Source: Phyllobates terribilis
Taxonomy: Eukaryota
Direction of reading: 5' to 3'
DNA: 64,000 bases
Assembly: GCF_046119375.1 (NCBI RefSeq)
Contig: NW_027362763.1
Location: forward strand, 724,656,001-724,720,000
This document shows, one piece after another, positions 48,534 to 61,160 of the stretch; position 1 is the first letter of the stretch; each line of letters begins with the position of its first letter. The notes below the pieces were generated by a model. It did no database searches. It was given only the letters and a program-made list of their open reading frames with translations, and was not told the origin of the DNA. The position numbers and the translations under genes were made by a program.

Positions 48534-49236
48534 TTAAAGGGGTATTCCCATCTTCAAGATCGTATTCCAGTATTTAGTAGGTGTAATAATAGTAATATTA
48601 GCAAATACCTCCAATTAGAAATGAAGTATAGTTCTTCTGATTCGCTATGTCGCTTACCCCATGTGCCGGGCATTGCAGGACCTTAGGTATCTATGTTTAA
48701 CAACCACTAGCAACCAGGGCTGTGAAGTTGGTAAGCCAAACCTCCGACTCCTCAATTTCCCTGACTCCAACTCCACAGCACTGGTCACTACTGAGCGGGT
48801 ACATAAAGTGAAGCACAGATTCCTCTCCACTAAAAGCTCAGATCTTTGGATCAGGAACAGAACAGACATTTATAGGACATTTCATAACTTTCCAAATTCT
48901 TATGAAAACATTTACAGCACATCCTGCATTGTACTACTGTACCCAATTTATTATATATTTTAGGAGTCTGTCCATTTTATACCGACTCCAACTCCACCAA
49001 AATGGATACCGGCTCCATGACTCCGACTCCACAGCCCTCCTAGGAACTAATTAATTGTTACTAGGTGAGTGGTCGTAACTATAGATATCTAAGCTATTGC
49101 AATGCCCTGCACATGGGGTATGTGACATAGCGAATCTGAAGAACTATGCTACATTTCTAATTGGAGGTATTTGCTTATTGTTATTACACCCACTGCATAT
49201 TGGAATAGGATCTTGGAGATGGGAATGCCACTTTAA
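48534..49236. mobile_element. MITE family A, copy 6 (carries nested hAT MITE)
   Basis: TTAA-AGGGGTATTCCCATC ... GATGGGAATGCCACT-TTAA. Confidence 0.82.
48715..49039. mobile_element. hAT-type MITE (325 bp)
   Basis: CAGGGCTGTG ... CACAGCCCT(C); 8-bp TSD CTAGCAAC / CTAGGAAC. Confidence 0.8.
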
Positions 49237-49492
49237 CCCCTTAATGACCTGTGACATACATTTTCGTTACAGGTCGCCATGGGGCGATGTATCGCAGGAC
49301 GGCGCGGTGTTCAGGGAAGATCATACTGAGATGTGACCATGGTAACACAAAATAATTCATCTTCCAGGAAAGGTTACGGCCATTTCCAGCCTACAGAATA
49401 GGACAATCCTTCCTCCCTCCATTCATTTACATGAAATTAGCACTATTTAGAGATCGAGCAGGAACAAGAAATGTCATATCTGTCACCAACAA

Positions 49493-49798
49493 TTAAAGGG
49501 GTTGTCTGACAATGTTTTGTTCCCAAAATGCAAGGATTGTTATATGGTGGTAACATTTTTACTGGCCGTAACCCTTCGATCGCCCCAGCGCAGGTGCGAT
49601 GATATTTCAGACCACTGCAGACAATCACGTGCCCCAGCAGTCAGGTGACTGAAGAATGGGACATGGTTGATTCCCGTCCCTGCAGAGACCACTGGAGGGA
49701 CCTGCGCTGGTGTTATACCTGTTGAGCATGTATTCTCTTTTATGTTATAACATTTTCTGCATTTTTTAATTTTTATGTAAGCTGGAAAAACCCTTTAA
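49493..49798. mobile_element. TTAA-flanked MITE (T2/Kolobok-like)
   Basis: TTAA-AGGGGTTGTC ... GAAAAACCCT-TTAA. Confidence 0.6.
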
Positions 49799-50009
49799 TA
49801 TTCCAGTCACTCTCCTTGGAGTTTGGCAGGAAGATTTCAGCTGATTGTTTTTACAACCCAAAATACCAGATTCACTGAGGAAGGGGGGGGGGGGTTGTAT
49901 AGAAATCACTTAAAATAGTAAAAAAAAAAGCGTTAATCTATTTTCTTCCTACTACTGTGGACCACAGTTCTCTAATGTGTTGCACAGGCGGAGCACGAAG
50001 GATGGTTTA

Positions 50010-50203
50010 GCTTCACATTCACACATTCAGTATTTGGTCAGTATTTTACATCAGTATTTGTCAGCCAAAACCCGGAGTGGGTGATAAATACAGAAGTGGT
50101 GACGTGTTTCTATTATACTTTTCCTCTGATTGTTCCACCCCTGGTTTTGTCTACAAATACTGATGTAAAATACTGACCAAATACTGAACGTGCGAACGTG
50201 GCC
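50010..50203. mobile_element. PIF/Harbinger-type MITE, same family as 3630-3812
   Basis: TTA TSDs; internal sequence is the reverse complement of the 3630 copy. Confidence 0.7.
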
Positions 50204-50702
50204 TTAGGTGTTGTGTCCTACTTTAAAAGTTCTCATTTATGGGCCCAGGATGGTGGAAGACATAAAAAGAAGACCCTGGATCTTTAAGTTTTAAAGTAGT
50301 GGATGATCCTTTCAACTTTCCATAAAGTTTCTTTTCCTTTGCTATTCTTCTTGAAAATAAATTGTCAATTGGGTGTAACCATTTTCCAGGTCAGTGTATC
50401 ATGTCTCGTAAAAATCGGATGTTATACTGTGGCTCCGTATGAAATGCAATTTATTTATTTTTTTTGCACCCATAGACTTGAATCGCTGAGTCTTATCTGA
50501 TTTACTAGTACATGCTGCAGTCTTATGATCCTGCAGACAAAACCTTTCCATCTCTCCCATGTTGTTTGCCAATATATTTGTGATTAGTGTTTAAATCTTT
50601 TAAATCTTCATTCACACACACCAATCAAAAAAAAAAATATATATATATATATTATATATGTATATGTGTATGTATGTAATCATTTTTTTATTTCTGTCTT
50701 AG

Positions 50703-50806
50703 GTTTGACCCATATGGAAAAAATCGATTTGCGATCTGTCGTATCTGCAAAAGTTCTGTTCACCAGCCAGGATCACACTATTGCCAAGGATGTGCCTATA
50801 AGAAGG
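50703..50806 (+). CDS. CRIPT: CRIPT exon 4
   Basis: TAG|g FDPYGKNRFAICRICKSSVHQPGSHYCQGCAYKK g|GTAAGC; 104 bp. Confidence 0.96.
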
Positions 50807-52299
50807 GTAAGCAATGGAAAACAAAACCGTAAAGCTGCAGAAGAATAATTCCAAGGATGCAGCAGCTGAAATCCCTGGCGATGAGCTGCGGCCATTAGTC
50901 ACCACTGCTGGGAACATTTAGTATTTTATGACGTCCCTTCAAATAATAGGCATTTACCTGTAAAACAACCTGCGTTCCTTATTCATATCTGTGCTTGGGG
51001 TTCAGCTGCTGCAGGGCTGTCACTGACAGGGGCTGTGACCCAGCTTTTCTGAGAACCAGAATGGCCTATCTGCTCCTTTGCTCATTTATAAATGAGAAAG
51101 GGATATATTACATTTACCAGTTAGAAGTCTGGGAAAGCGGGGTGGCAGTAAGGCAGTGCCACTACATGGCAGATGTTTTCCATCTCTGATTTTGCTACGG
51201 ATTTCACTTAATGCATTTTACGGCTTTTACGTTTGTTTTTGTACACATTTTTCTGCTACATGTGTATGTGGGTGTGAAAACCCTACTGGAACGAAATCCG
51301 TGCCGCACATCTGCAGCAATTCTGTCATGTCTGAATGTGCTCTGAGATCTTGATTGATTGCAGAGATTTTCTAGTAAACCTTTATGAGAAAAGTCTGGGG
51401 TCAGTATGCAAATTCTTGTTACTAGAGCTTCATAGGAGGAGATAGGGGGTCCCCAATTCAAGACACCCCTCTTTTTTGCTTAAAGAGCATATCTTGTTCT
51501 ATAAGGCCCAACGCTTGCATCTATCAATTCTTGTAATGCTTCGTTTCCCCTGTGGTGGCGCTGCAGGAGACCTGGACTCTTACTGCTGGATTCTTCTTCA
51601 GGTTGCAGCTGATTTCTGGGAGTCTCCATCTTGTGATCGTAATGGAGGACCATTGTAATAAAAAGGGATTGTCCATAGAGTACGATCCTTTTAACCCCTT
51701 ATCCACATCCGCAATACATTTCCGGCTGGTCTGCGCACTTACCGTTTGTGATATACCGCTGGCACTCGACTGACTGTTGCACTTGGAGCTCGCACTGACT
51801 GCAATGGTTGTGCCTCTTAGATTAATACAATAGATTGTAATACGTGACCAGCCGGTCGCAGGTTCTATTTACCTTAGAGCCAGGGGTGGGGAACCTCAGG
51901 CCCACGGGCTGTTTACGGCCTTCGGTAACCTTTTATTCAGCCCCCGGCAGCTGTGTTTTGATGGCTGCTAGCCCATTCATCTCATCTTGCCCTGTGCGCA
52001 CGCAGTGTTCACTACTGAACCCTGACGCGCGTGCAGTGAAAAATTACATCCTGACCCCAGTGCCAGCGTCAGGACATACTTTGGGGGCAGAGTTAGCGCC
52101 TGATTAGTACGGCCCCTGAAGGGTGGTATAAATAGCCAAATGGCTCTTGGCAAAAAAAAAAAATGATTCCCCACCCCTGCCTTCAGGGATTAATAAAATA
52201 TATATATATAGAACACCCAAAAATATATTGCTGCACCTCCAAGGGGCTAACACACTGTATAAATCAACGTAAGGTGATGGCAACATCTTCACTCCTTCA

Positions 52300-52399
52300 N
52301 NNNNNNNNNNNNNNNNNNNNNNNNNNNNNNNNNNNNNNNNNNNNNNNNNNNNNNNNNNNNNNNNNNNNNNNNNNNNNNNNNNNNNNNNNNNNNNNNNNN
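52300..52399. other. Assembly gap (exactly 100 N, placeholder size)
   Basis: Run of 100 N exactly between the two duplicated copies. Confidence 1.
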
Positions 52400-55300
52400 G
52401 TCACAAATTGTGGCACGTTTCATTGTGAAAATAACGCTAATCTACATCAGTGGGGTCAGCTGCCTCTTTTTTTATTAAATGAGTTGATTGGTCTCTGATG
52501 TCAGATGTCAGAGCACACGTGTCAAACACCGGCCTGTGGGCCAAATGTGGGGCCCATTTATTCTGTATGGAGGGCTATGTGGGGCCATTATTCTGTATGG
52601 AGGACTATGTGGGGCCCATTATTCTGTATGGAGGACTATGTGGGGCCCATTATTCTGTATGGAGGACTATGTGGGGCCATTATTCTGTATGGAGGACTAT
52701 GTGGGGCCATTATTCTGTATGGAGGACTATGTGGGGCCATTATTCTGTATGGAGGACTATGTGGGGCCCATTATTCTGTATGGAGGACTATGTGGGGCCC
52801 ATTATTCTGGATGGAGGACTATGTGGGGCCCATTATTCTGGATGGAGGACTATGTGGGGCCCATTATTCTGGATGGAGGACTATGTGGGGCCCATTATTC
52901 TGGATGGAGGACTATGTGGGGCCCATTATTCTGGATGGAGGACTATGTGGGGCCCATTATTCTGGATGGAGGACTATGTGGGGCCCATTATTCTGGATGG
53001 AGGACTATGTGGGGCCCATTATTCTGGATGGAGGACTATGTGGGGCCCATTACGCTGTATACTGTTTGGCCTCCCTGGGTTAGAGGGAACCTGTCGCCTC
53101 TCCTGACATTTTAGTAAATACTTGTTCTCCTTCTAATAGAACGATTCTGAAGCTTCTTTTCTGAGAACTCCACATTGTTCTGCTCCTCTCTTACTCATTC
53201 GGGAAATTTGTACATACATGGGCAAATGGGTGGTCGGGTATGGATGAAGGACCCTACACCGTCTTCATGTGCACTACATGTCTCTGATAGGAGGGGTAAC
53301 GCCCAGTTGCCAATGGATTAATATATTTCTTGGAGGTGTAACAGAGTGTGGAGTCGGTAAGCCAAACCCCTGACTTCTCAGTTTCCCTGACTTCCGACTC
53401 CCAACTCCACAGCCCTGCTTCACTACTGAGCGTGGACATAAAGTGCAGCACAGATTCATCTCAACTAAAAGCAGAGACCCTTATATCAGGAACAGAACAG
53501 ACATTTATAGGTCATTTCATAACTTTCCCAAATTCTTCTGAAAACATTTACAGCACATCTTGCATTGTACTACTGTACCCCATTTATTATATAGTTTCGG
53601 AGTCTGGCTATTTTAGGCCTCTTTCACATGTCCGTGTCTTCAGTACGCGTGGTGACAGTTTTCACACGTAGAGGCAGTCAAATGAATGGGTCTGCGCACA
53701 CGTCAGTGTGTTTCCACGGACCGTTTCCACGACATACTGACATGACCATTTTTTTTCACGCTGCACGGGTTGTAAAGCATCCACATAGATGACATCCGTG
53801 TGACACGTACCGGCGCCTGGGAATCAGCAGTACATTTAGTGCTGTTCCCAGACACCGGGTGCTGATGGCATCTGTCATCATTGTACCCTGCTGTCGCTGT
53901 GAACAGCACCAGCAGGGGACAATGTTGACAGTTGTATTGTGCCTCCGCTGTGTCCAGCAAGTTTAAAAATAAGACTAAAATAAAAAAACACTTATACTCG
54001 CCTGTCCAAAACACTGTCCCATCCTGTAATCCATCTGACCGACAATTCTGTATCAGCGTCTGCAGTGGCTTGATTCGACTGCAAATGCTGAGGAGCAGAG
54101 GAGAATGCCACTGCGCTGAGCTCACTGAGCGATGTCCTGTCACTCACTGAGCTCAGCGCAGGTCAGGTACCCGCTCGCTGCAGCGAGTCATTCTCCTCTG
54201 CTCCTCAGCGTGTGCGGTCGCATCAAGCCTCTGCAGACACTGATGCATAATTGCCGGTCAGATGGATTACGGCATGAGACAGTATATCGGACAGGAGAGT
54301 ATGTGTTTTTTTATTTTTACAGTTGCTGGACACAGTGGGGGCAGAATACAACTGTCAACATTGTCCACTGCTGGTGCTGATTGCAGCGCAAGCAGGGGAC
54401 AGATGAGAGATGCCTCCGTCACCTGGGAACAGCGCTGCCTATGCCGCTGATTCCCTGGCGCCGGTACGTTGATCCTGATGCGGCACATGGTTGCCACACA
54501 GGTGGACACTTATATCTCCTGTACTGTTTTTTCCAGTACCGGAAATATCAGGACGCTTGAAACAGACCTTATACTGACTCCGAATCCACCAAAATGTACA
54601 TCAACTCTGACTCCACAGCCCTGGTAACAGAGGAGCAGCACTATGCAGTGTTGTGAGAACTGATGCTCCAGAATTGTTATATTACAGGGAATTAACTCTT
54701 TACTAAAGCCCCCATACACCTTATATACCTGTCAGACGATCATTGGTTTGACCGATCATTCATCTGGCAGCTGTCTCAGCTGTCTCTCCCAAACTCGGGA
54801 GCAAGCGGTCCTGTGTTCTGTGTGAGACATCTCTGTCGGTGGCTTACCTCGAGAACCAAAATCTCTGTAGTTTGAAATCAGACATGTTGGATCTTTATGT
54901 CTCCCGTCATCCTCTGTCAGGGGCCCCCATGCACATTAGACTGTCGGCCGAACCTGTCGATATTGGCAGTTTCGGACAACGTTAGTGTATGGGGGGCTGA
55001 ACGCATGTCAGGAAATGTGAAATATCCTCTTTAATGAAGCTTTCTTTTGTTACTGATTTAACCTGATAACGACCAATTGGCGTAAATTTGCGGCTTACTT
55101 GGCTTTAGTCTCATTAGCCATGTGGGTGAAAAAAAAAGTTATGACTGTTGAAAAGTGGTGAAGCAGAAATGGTAAAAGAAAATAAAACGGTCTGGTTATT
55201 TCGCCCCTTTCAGGCCGCCTGCTCATTAAGGGGTTAATTAGGGAAAAATGATGATTAATGAGGACATGAATTTATAGTATTAAATATGACAATAAATAGA

Positions 55301-55739
55301 GTAACATTTCCATAATCTGCCATTGTGTGACTGAAAACCTGCCATCCTGTATGTACAGTGTGTACTGGAGCTCACACATAGTCATATCAATTGTCTGCCA
55401 GTACCTTGTTTCCTCACCCATTTTACTTAAATCCTCTGCATCATAACATATTGTGGACTTTTTATAACTGATTTCATCAAGACTGGCGACGTTCTTGTCA
55501 GTCTTACAGGAAACGTGCTGGAGTCGGAGGCGCCAGATTCATTAAGAGGAGCGTCTGACAAGTGATGTGCGCCTCCATCCACCTCACTGCAAATCTTACT
55601 CCAATCAGGTACCGGAGTAAGATTTCTGACTTAAGGTCTCTTACAGCTCGTCATGAATTGGACTGATTGTTCTTTCACCCGTTTCTCATGTTGGTGGTTA
55701 TTATCACAATGATTTACTGATGTGATGTCTGTTTTACAG

Positions 55740-55805
55740 GTGAGAAGAAGCTGGGCACAGTAATCACCCCCGACACATGGAAGGCAGGGGCCAGGAATAC
55801 CACTG
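55740..55805 (+). CDS. CRIPT: CRIPT exon 2, duplicate copy
   Basis: Identical to 45386-45451 with intact splice sites; probably the same exon assembled twice. Confidence 0.6.
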
Positions 55806-58209
55806 GTAAATCACTTATGACATTTCATCTCACAGAGTGTCTTGTGTGTCCTTTTCTTACTTTGTGGACATTTTTTTTGTGTGTTTGAAGTGTGCCAACA
55901 TCTAACAGTCTGAGAAATAGTAAGCGTAGGGAGTAGATGACACCTCTGCCACCATCTTCCCATCCTTTATAGTGTCTTGTCTGTTCTCTCCTTCAAGCAG
56001 GGATATTTCAGGGCGTCAGAGCTGCTCCTCTACCATTTATTTAATTTAGTTTCTTAAATGAAACCGGTCACCGGGATTTACCTCTATCAGGTCACTTGTT
56101 GACTAGATGGGCGCGGCCTTGCTCAATGCAAGTGAATTGAGCGAGGCCAAATGCTGCCGAAGTATGCAAATCGTATACCAGCAATCATATGACCACCCGC
56201 TCCCAGCACTGGAGAATCCTGACAGCACGCAGTGTGTGTGATGTGAGGATTCACCAGTCTGCAGACAGAGTTTCACTGCAGACTTGTAGACTAAGACCAG
56301 ACAACCCCTTTAAACTCTGACTGTGAGTATTTAAAAATTAAGTTAAAAACGTCACTCCCCGCAGTCACCTGATTAGTCTAGGATCGCTGTCAATCAGTTC
56401 CACAGCGCAGACACTATGGGTCTCGGAAAATGGCGACTTTTTTTTTTTTGCCACTTAAATAAAATAAGAACCTATACATGTGTGGTGTCTACGAACTCGT
56501 AATGACCTGGAGAATCATAATAGCAAGTCAGTTTTAGCATTTATTGAATACAGTAAAAAAAGCAAACAATTGTAGAATTGCACTTTTCCAGTACACGACA
56601 TGGTAAAACCAATGGTGCCATTCAAAAGTAAAACTCGTCTCGCAAAAAAAAAAAGCTATCACATGGCCATATTGACGGAAAAATAAAAAAGTTATGGCTC
56701 TGGGAAGAAGGGGAGCAAAAAAACGGAAAATCCTAAGGTTGCCAAGGGGTTAATGGTACCAGTGAACATAAATTCCCTTAAAAACTGATTTTATTATTTT
56801 GATTACAATACACCAACACTAAACCCTGTGTACAATTATTAAAAAAAGGTAGTTTTAAGAGACTAATCACAGCCAGGAAGGACCTATATATGACTCTAGT
56901 CTTCACCTACTGCTGTTCCTACCCACCGGCAGAGATTGGCACCCTAAGATACGAGAACTGTGCGCCCGCTCAACGGCGGCTTTCCCTAATGTCCCTGGTA
57001 CAGTCCTATTTCTAATACAACCCTGCAGTAGAATGAAGACAGAAAAGGTATACAGGCATCATAGAAGTCTGTATCTGTGTTGTAATGAATTGACATAGTC
57101 CGATTCACACTTTTTGACATATGGTACCAGGACACCATAGCCATGTAGGTACACGATGATACTAAGACGTGCCTTGTTGACATTCATACTAGAACACTTT
57201 CCTTTAAGTTTCCCTCTCATTTTGAAAGCCTAAACATAGCATATGCTATTCTTTCCTGTAGCAGAAAAAAAAAGTAAAACCTGTAGGATAACTCTGGGAT
57301 CTTTTCACATTTGTGCAGTCCTAACTCCAGTAGTAAAGGAGGATCAACTGTATGTGAAGTATTCTTCTTCTTTATAGGCATAGTGTACTGGTACATAGAA
57401 ATCAGATATTGCTATATACCTGTACATTTCTTTACCTGCATATTGGGGGCAAAATAAAAGTCGGAGTTTGTTTTTGACATTTTTTAATGTACACTTTCTA
57501 AAAATGAATGTCACAAACCAGTAAATAACATGGACATATTTGGTGATTGGTAAATGGCAGAAATAATGGCGCAATTTTTTTTTTTATTTACAACTTTTTT
57601 TATAGGTAAAAAAATAAATAACACAGATGTAATAACACTTACATATGTATTTGGCAAAATGGTATTTAAAAAAAACGACAGGTCGTCCCTCTAAAGAAAT
57701 AAACTTCAGAAAGCAAAGCTTTTGTAAAAATAAAAAAAAGTTATGGCTGTTACAGCTATGAATAAATGGAAAAAAAAAAATAGTCTGGACATCTGAGTAC
57801 GTGCATCACAAAAATGTCATTCTGTATATTTTCTATATGCTTGTGTGTATGTGTGTGCTATGTATATCTGTGTAATGTGTAAATGCATGTAATGTGTTAG
57901 CAGGTGTATAATTTATATATGTCTGCCTAATATAAACCTGCATGTCAATGTGTATACGTTTTCCTATCTGTCCCTGGTACCCACTTACGCTGGTAGGTTA
58001 GTATGGAGGCTGAAAACAATAAGCGTGTATGCAAAATATCGCTCCCTCAGTTTTGCCTATGGTGTAATGCTCCATATTAAGACCTTATCAGGCTTCAGAT
58101 ACATAATGAATGTAGTCAGGATTTTTTGTGATTTCTTTGCTTTGTTTTTTTTTTTTTTTAAAGGACGTTTGAAAACTATAATTAATTTACTTTATCAATT
58201 AACTTGCAG

Positions 58210-58264
58210 AAAGCGGCGGCCGAAAACTGAATGAAAACAAAGCCCTGACATCAAAGAGGGCGAG
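58210..58264 (+). CDS. CRIPT: CRIPT exon 3, duplicate copy
   Basis: Identical to 47856-47910. Confidence 0.6.
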
Positions 58265-61056
58265 GTTAGTGCCTGCGGAAGCGGTTACCATTGTGTCCAT
58301 GTCCTCTCCCTATATTCTCCCGGGATACTGCGCTGTACTTGGTCGTTTGCTTTCTTGTTGTGTCTGGATGGCGGCTTACACATTGTTATATTATCTTGGC
58401 TCCTGATCTACAGATGTTGTTCTATGAGCTATTCTCATACCTGCAGCTCCCATACACTTTACCCACCATGCACTACAGTTATTTAGGGAAAAGTTGGACC
58501 TCACTCATTTTCAATTAATGCCGAACAACCAATTTTACTTTTATCATTTAATCATTTTAATTACAATCATTTTGTTACGGGAAAAGAAATTCAGAACTCG
58601 TGCAAAAATAGATTTGTCCTATGGCACCAAATGGACCACATTAACTATAATGGTGTCGCATTGGTCTCTGTTTGGGCGGATGTTATTTTAACAGAAAAAA
58701 ATTGCCAGTTTGCTGCAATTTTTAGTTGCATTATAGTGCTAATACCAGTGATTGTCTGCAGTGGTCACACGGGGGAGCTGGGTACGTCATTGCTGCAGTC
58801 AGATTTATGGTTACTGAGTTGCGGCAGTGAAAATGTTGCATATCTTTTCACTATGCAGTGAGGAAGCTTTCCATCTGCAAAACCTCATTAAAGGGGTATT
58901 CCCATCTTCAAGATCGTATTCCAGTATTTAGTAGGTGTAATAATAGTAATATTAGCAAATACCTCCAATTAGAAATGAAGTATAGTTCTTCTGATTCGCT
59001 ATGTCGCTTACCCCATGTGCCGGGCATTGCAGGACCTTAGGTATCTATGTTTAACAACCACTAGCAACCAGGGCTGTGAAGTTGGTAAGCCAAACCTCCG
59101 ACTCCTCAATTTCCCTGACTCCAACTCCACAGCACTGGTCACTACTGAGCGGGTACATAAAGTGAAGCACAGATTCCTCTCCACTAAAAGCTCAGATCTT
59201 TGGATCAGGAACAGAACAGACATTTATAGGACATTTCATAACTTTCCAAATTCTTATGAAAACATTTACAGCACATCCTGCATTGTACTACTGTACCCAA
59301 TTTATTATATATTTTAGGAGTCTGTCCATTTTATACCGACTCCAACTCCACCAAAATGGATACCGGCTCCATGACTCCGACTCCACAGCCCTCCTAGGAA
59401 CTAATTAATTGTTACTAGGTGAGTGGTCGTAACTATAGATATCTAAGCTATTGCAATGCCCTGCACATGGGGTATGTGACATAGCGAATCTGAAGAACTA
59501 TGCTACATTTCTAATTGGAGGTATTTGCTTATTGTTATTACACCCACTGCATATTGGAATAGGATCTTGGAGATGGGAATGCCACTTTAACCCCTTAATG
59601 ACCTGTGACATACATTTTCGTTACAGGTCGCCATGGGGCGATGTATCGCAGGACGGCGCGGTGTTCAGGGAAGATCATACTGAGATGTGACCATGGTAAC
59701 ACAAAATAATTCATCTTCCAGGAAAGGTTACGGCCATTTCCAGCCTACAGAATAGGACAATCCTTCCTCCCTCCATTCATTTACATGAAATTAGCACTAT
59801 TTAGAGATCGAGCAGGAACAAGAAATGTCATATCTGTCACCAACAATTAAAGGGGTTGTCTGACAATGTTTTGTTCCCAAAATGCAAGGATTGTTATATG
59901 GTGGTAACATTTTTACTGGCCGTAACCCTTCGATCGCCCCAGCGCAGGTGCGATGATATTTCAGACCACTGCAGACAATCACGTGCCCCAGCAGTCAGGT
60001 GACTGAAGAATGGGACATGGTTGATTCCCGTCCCTGCAGAGACCACTGGAGGGACCTGCGCTGGTGTTATACCTGTTGAGCATGTATTCTCTTTTATGTT
60101 ATAACATTTTCTGCATTTTTTAATTTTTATGTAAGCTGGAAAAACCCTTTAATATTCCAGTCACTCTCCTTGGAGTTTGGCAGGAAGATTTCAGCTGATT
60201 GTTTTTACAACCCAAAATACCAGATTCACTGAGGAAGGGGGGGGGGGGTTGTATAGAAATCACTTAAAATAGTAAAAAAAAAAGCGTTAATCTATTTTCT
60301 TCCTACTACTGTGGACCACAGTTCTCTAATGTGTTGCACAGGCGGAGCACGAAGGATGGTTTAGCTTCACATTCACACATTCAGTATTTGGTCAGTATTT
60401 TACATCAGTATTTGTCAGCCAAAACCCGGAGTGGGTGATAAATACAGAAGTGGTGACGTGTTTCTATTATACTTTTCCTCTGATTGTTCCACCCCTGGTT
60501 TTGTCTACAAATACTGATGTAAAATACTGACCAAATACTGAACGTGCGAACGTGGCCTTAGGTGTTGTGTCCTACTTTAAAAGTTCTCATTTATGGGCCC
60601 AGGATGGTGGAAGACATAAAAAGAAGACCCTGGATCTTTAAGTTTTAAAGTAGTGGATGATCCTTTCAACTTTCCATAAAGTTTCTTTTCCTTTGCTATT
60701 CTTCTTGAAAATAAATTGTCAATTGGGTGTAACCATTTTCCAGGTCAGTGTATCATGTCTCGTAAAAATCGGATGTTATACTGTGGCTCCGTATGAAATG
60801 CAATTTATTTATTTTTTTTGCACCCATAGACTTGAATCGCTGAGTCTTATCTGATTTACTAGTACATGCTGCAGTCTTATGATCCTGCAGACAAAACCTT
60901 TCCATCTCTCCCATGTTGTTTGCCAATATATTTGTGATTAGTGTTTAAATCTTTTAAATCTTCATTCACACACACCAATCAAAAAAAAAAATATATATAT
61001 ATATATTATATATGTATATGTGTATGTATGTAATCATTTTTTTATTTCTGTCTTAG

Positions 61057-61160
61057 GTTTGACCCATATGGAAAAAATCGATTTGCGATCTGTCGTATCT
61101 GCAAAAGTTCTGTTCACCAGCCAGGATCACACTATTGCCAAGGATGTGCCTATAAGAAGG
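61057..61160 (+). CDS. CRIPT: CRIPT exon 4, duplicate copy
   Basis: Identical to 50703-50806. Confidence 0.6.

Larger units (their letters stand above)
42043..52299 (+). repeat. 10.26 kb tandem duplication, copy A
   Basis: Matches 52400-62653 at offset 10353-10357 with only a few small differences seen. Confidence 0.97.

Noticed and set aside
55740-61160. A second CRIPT paralogue
   Set aside because: No own exon 1 or exon 5; sequence essentially identical to copy A and bounded by a 100-N gap.
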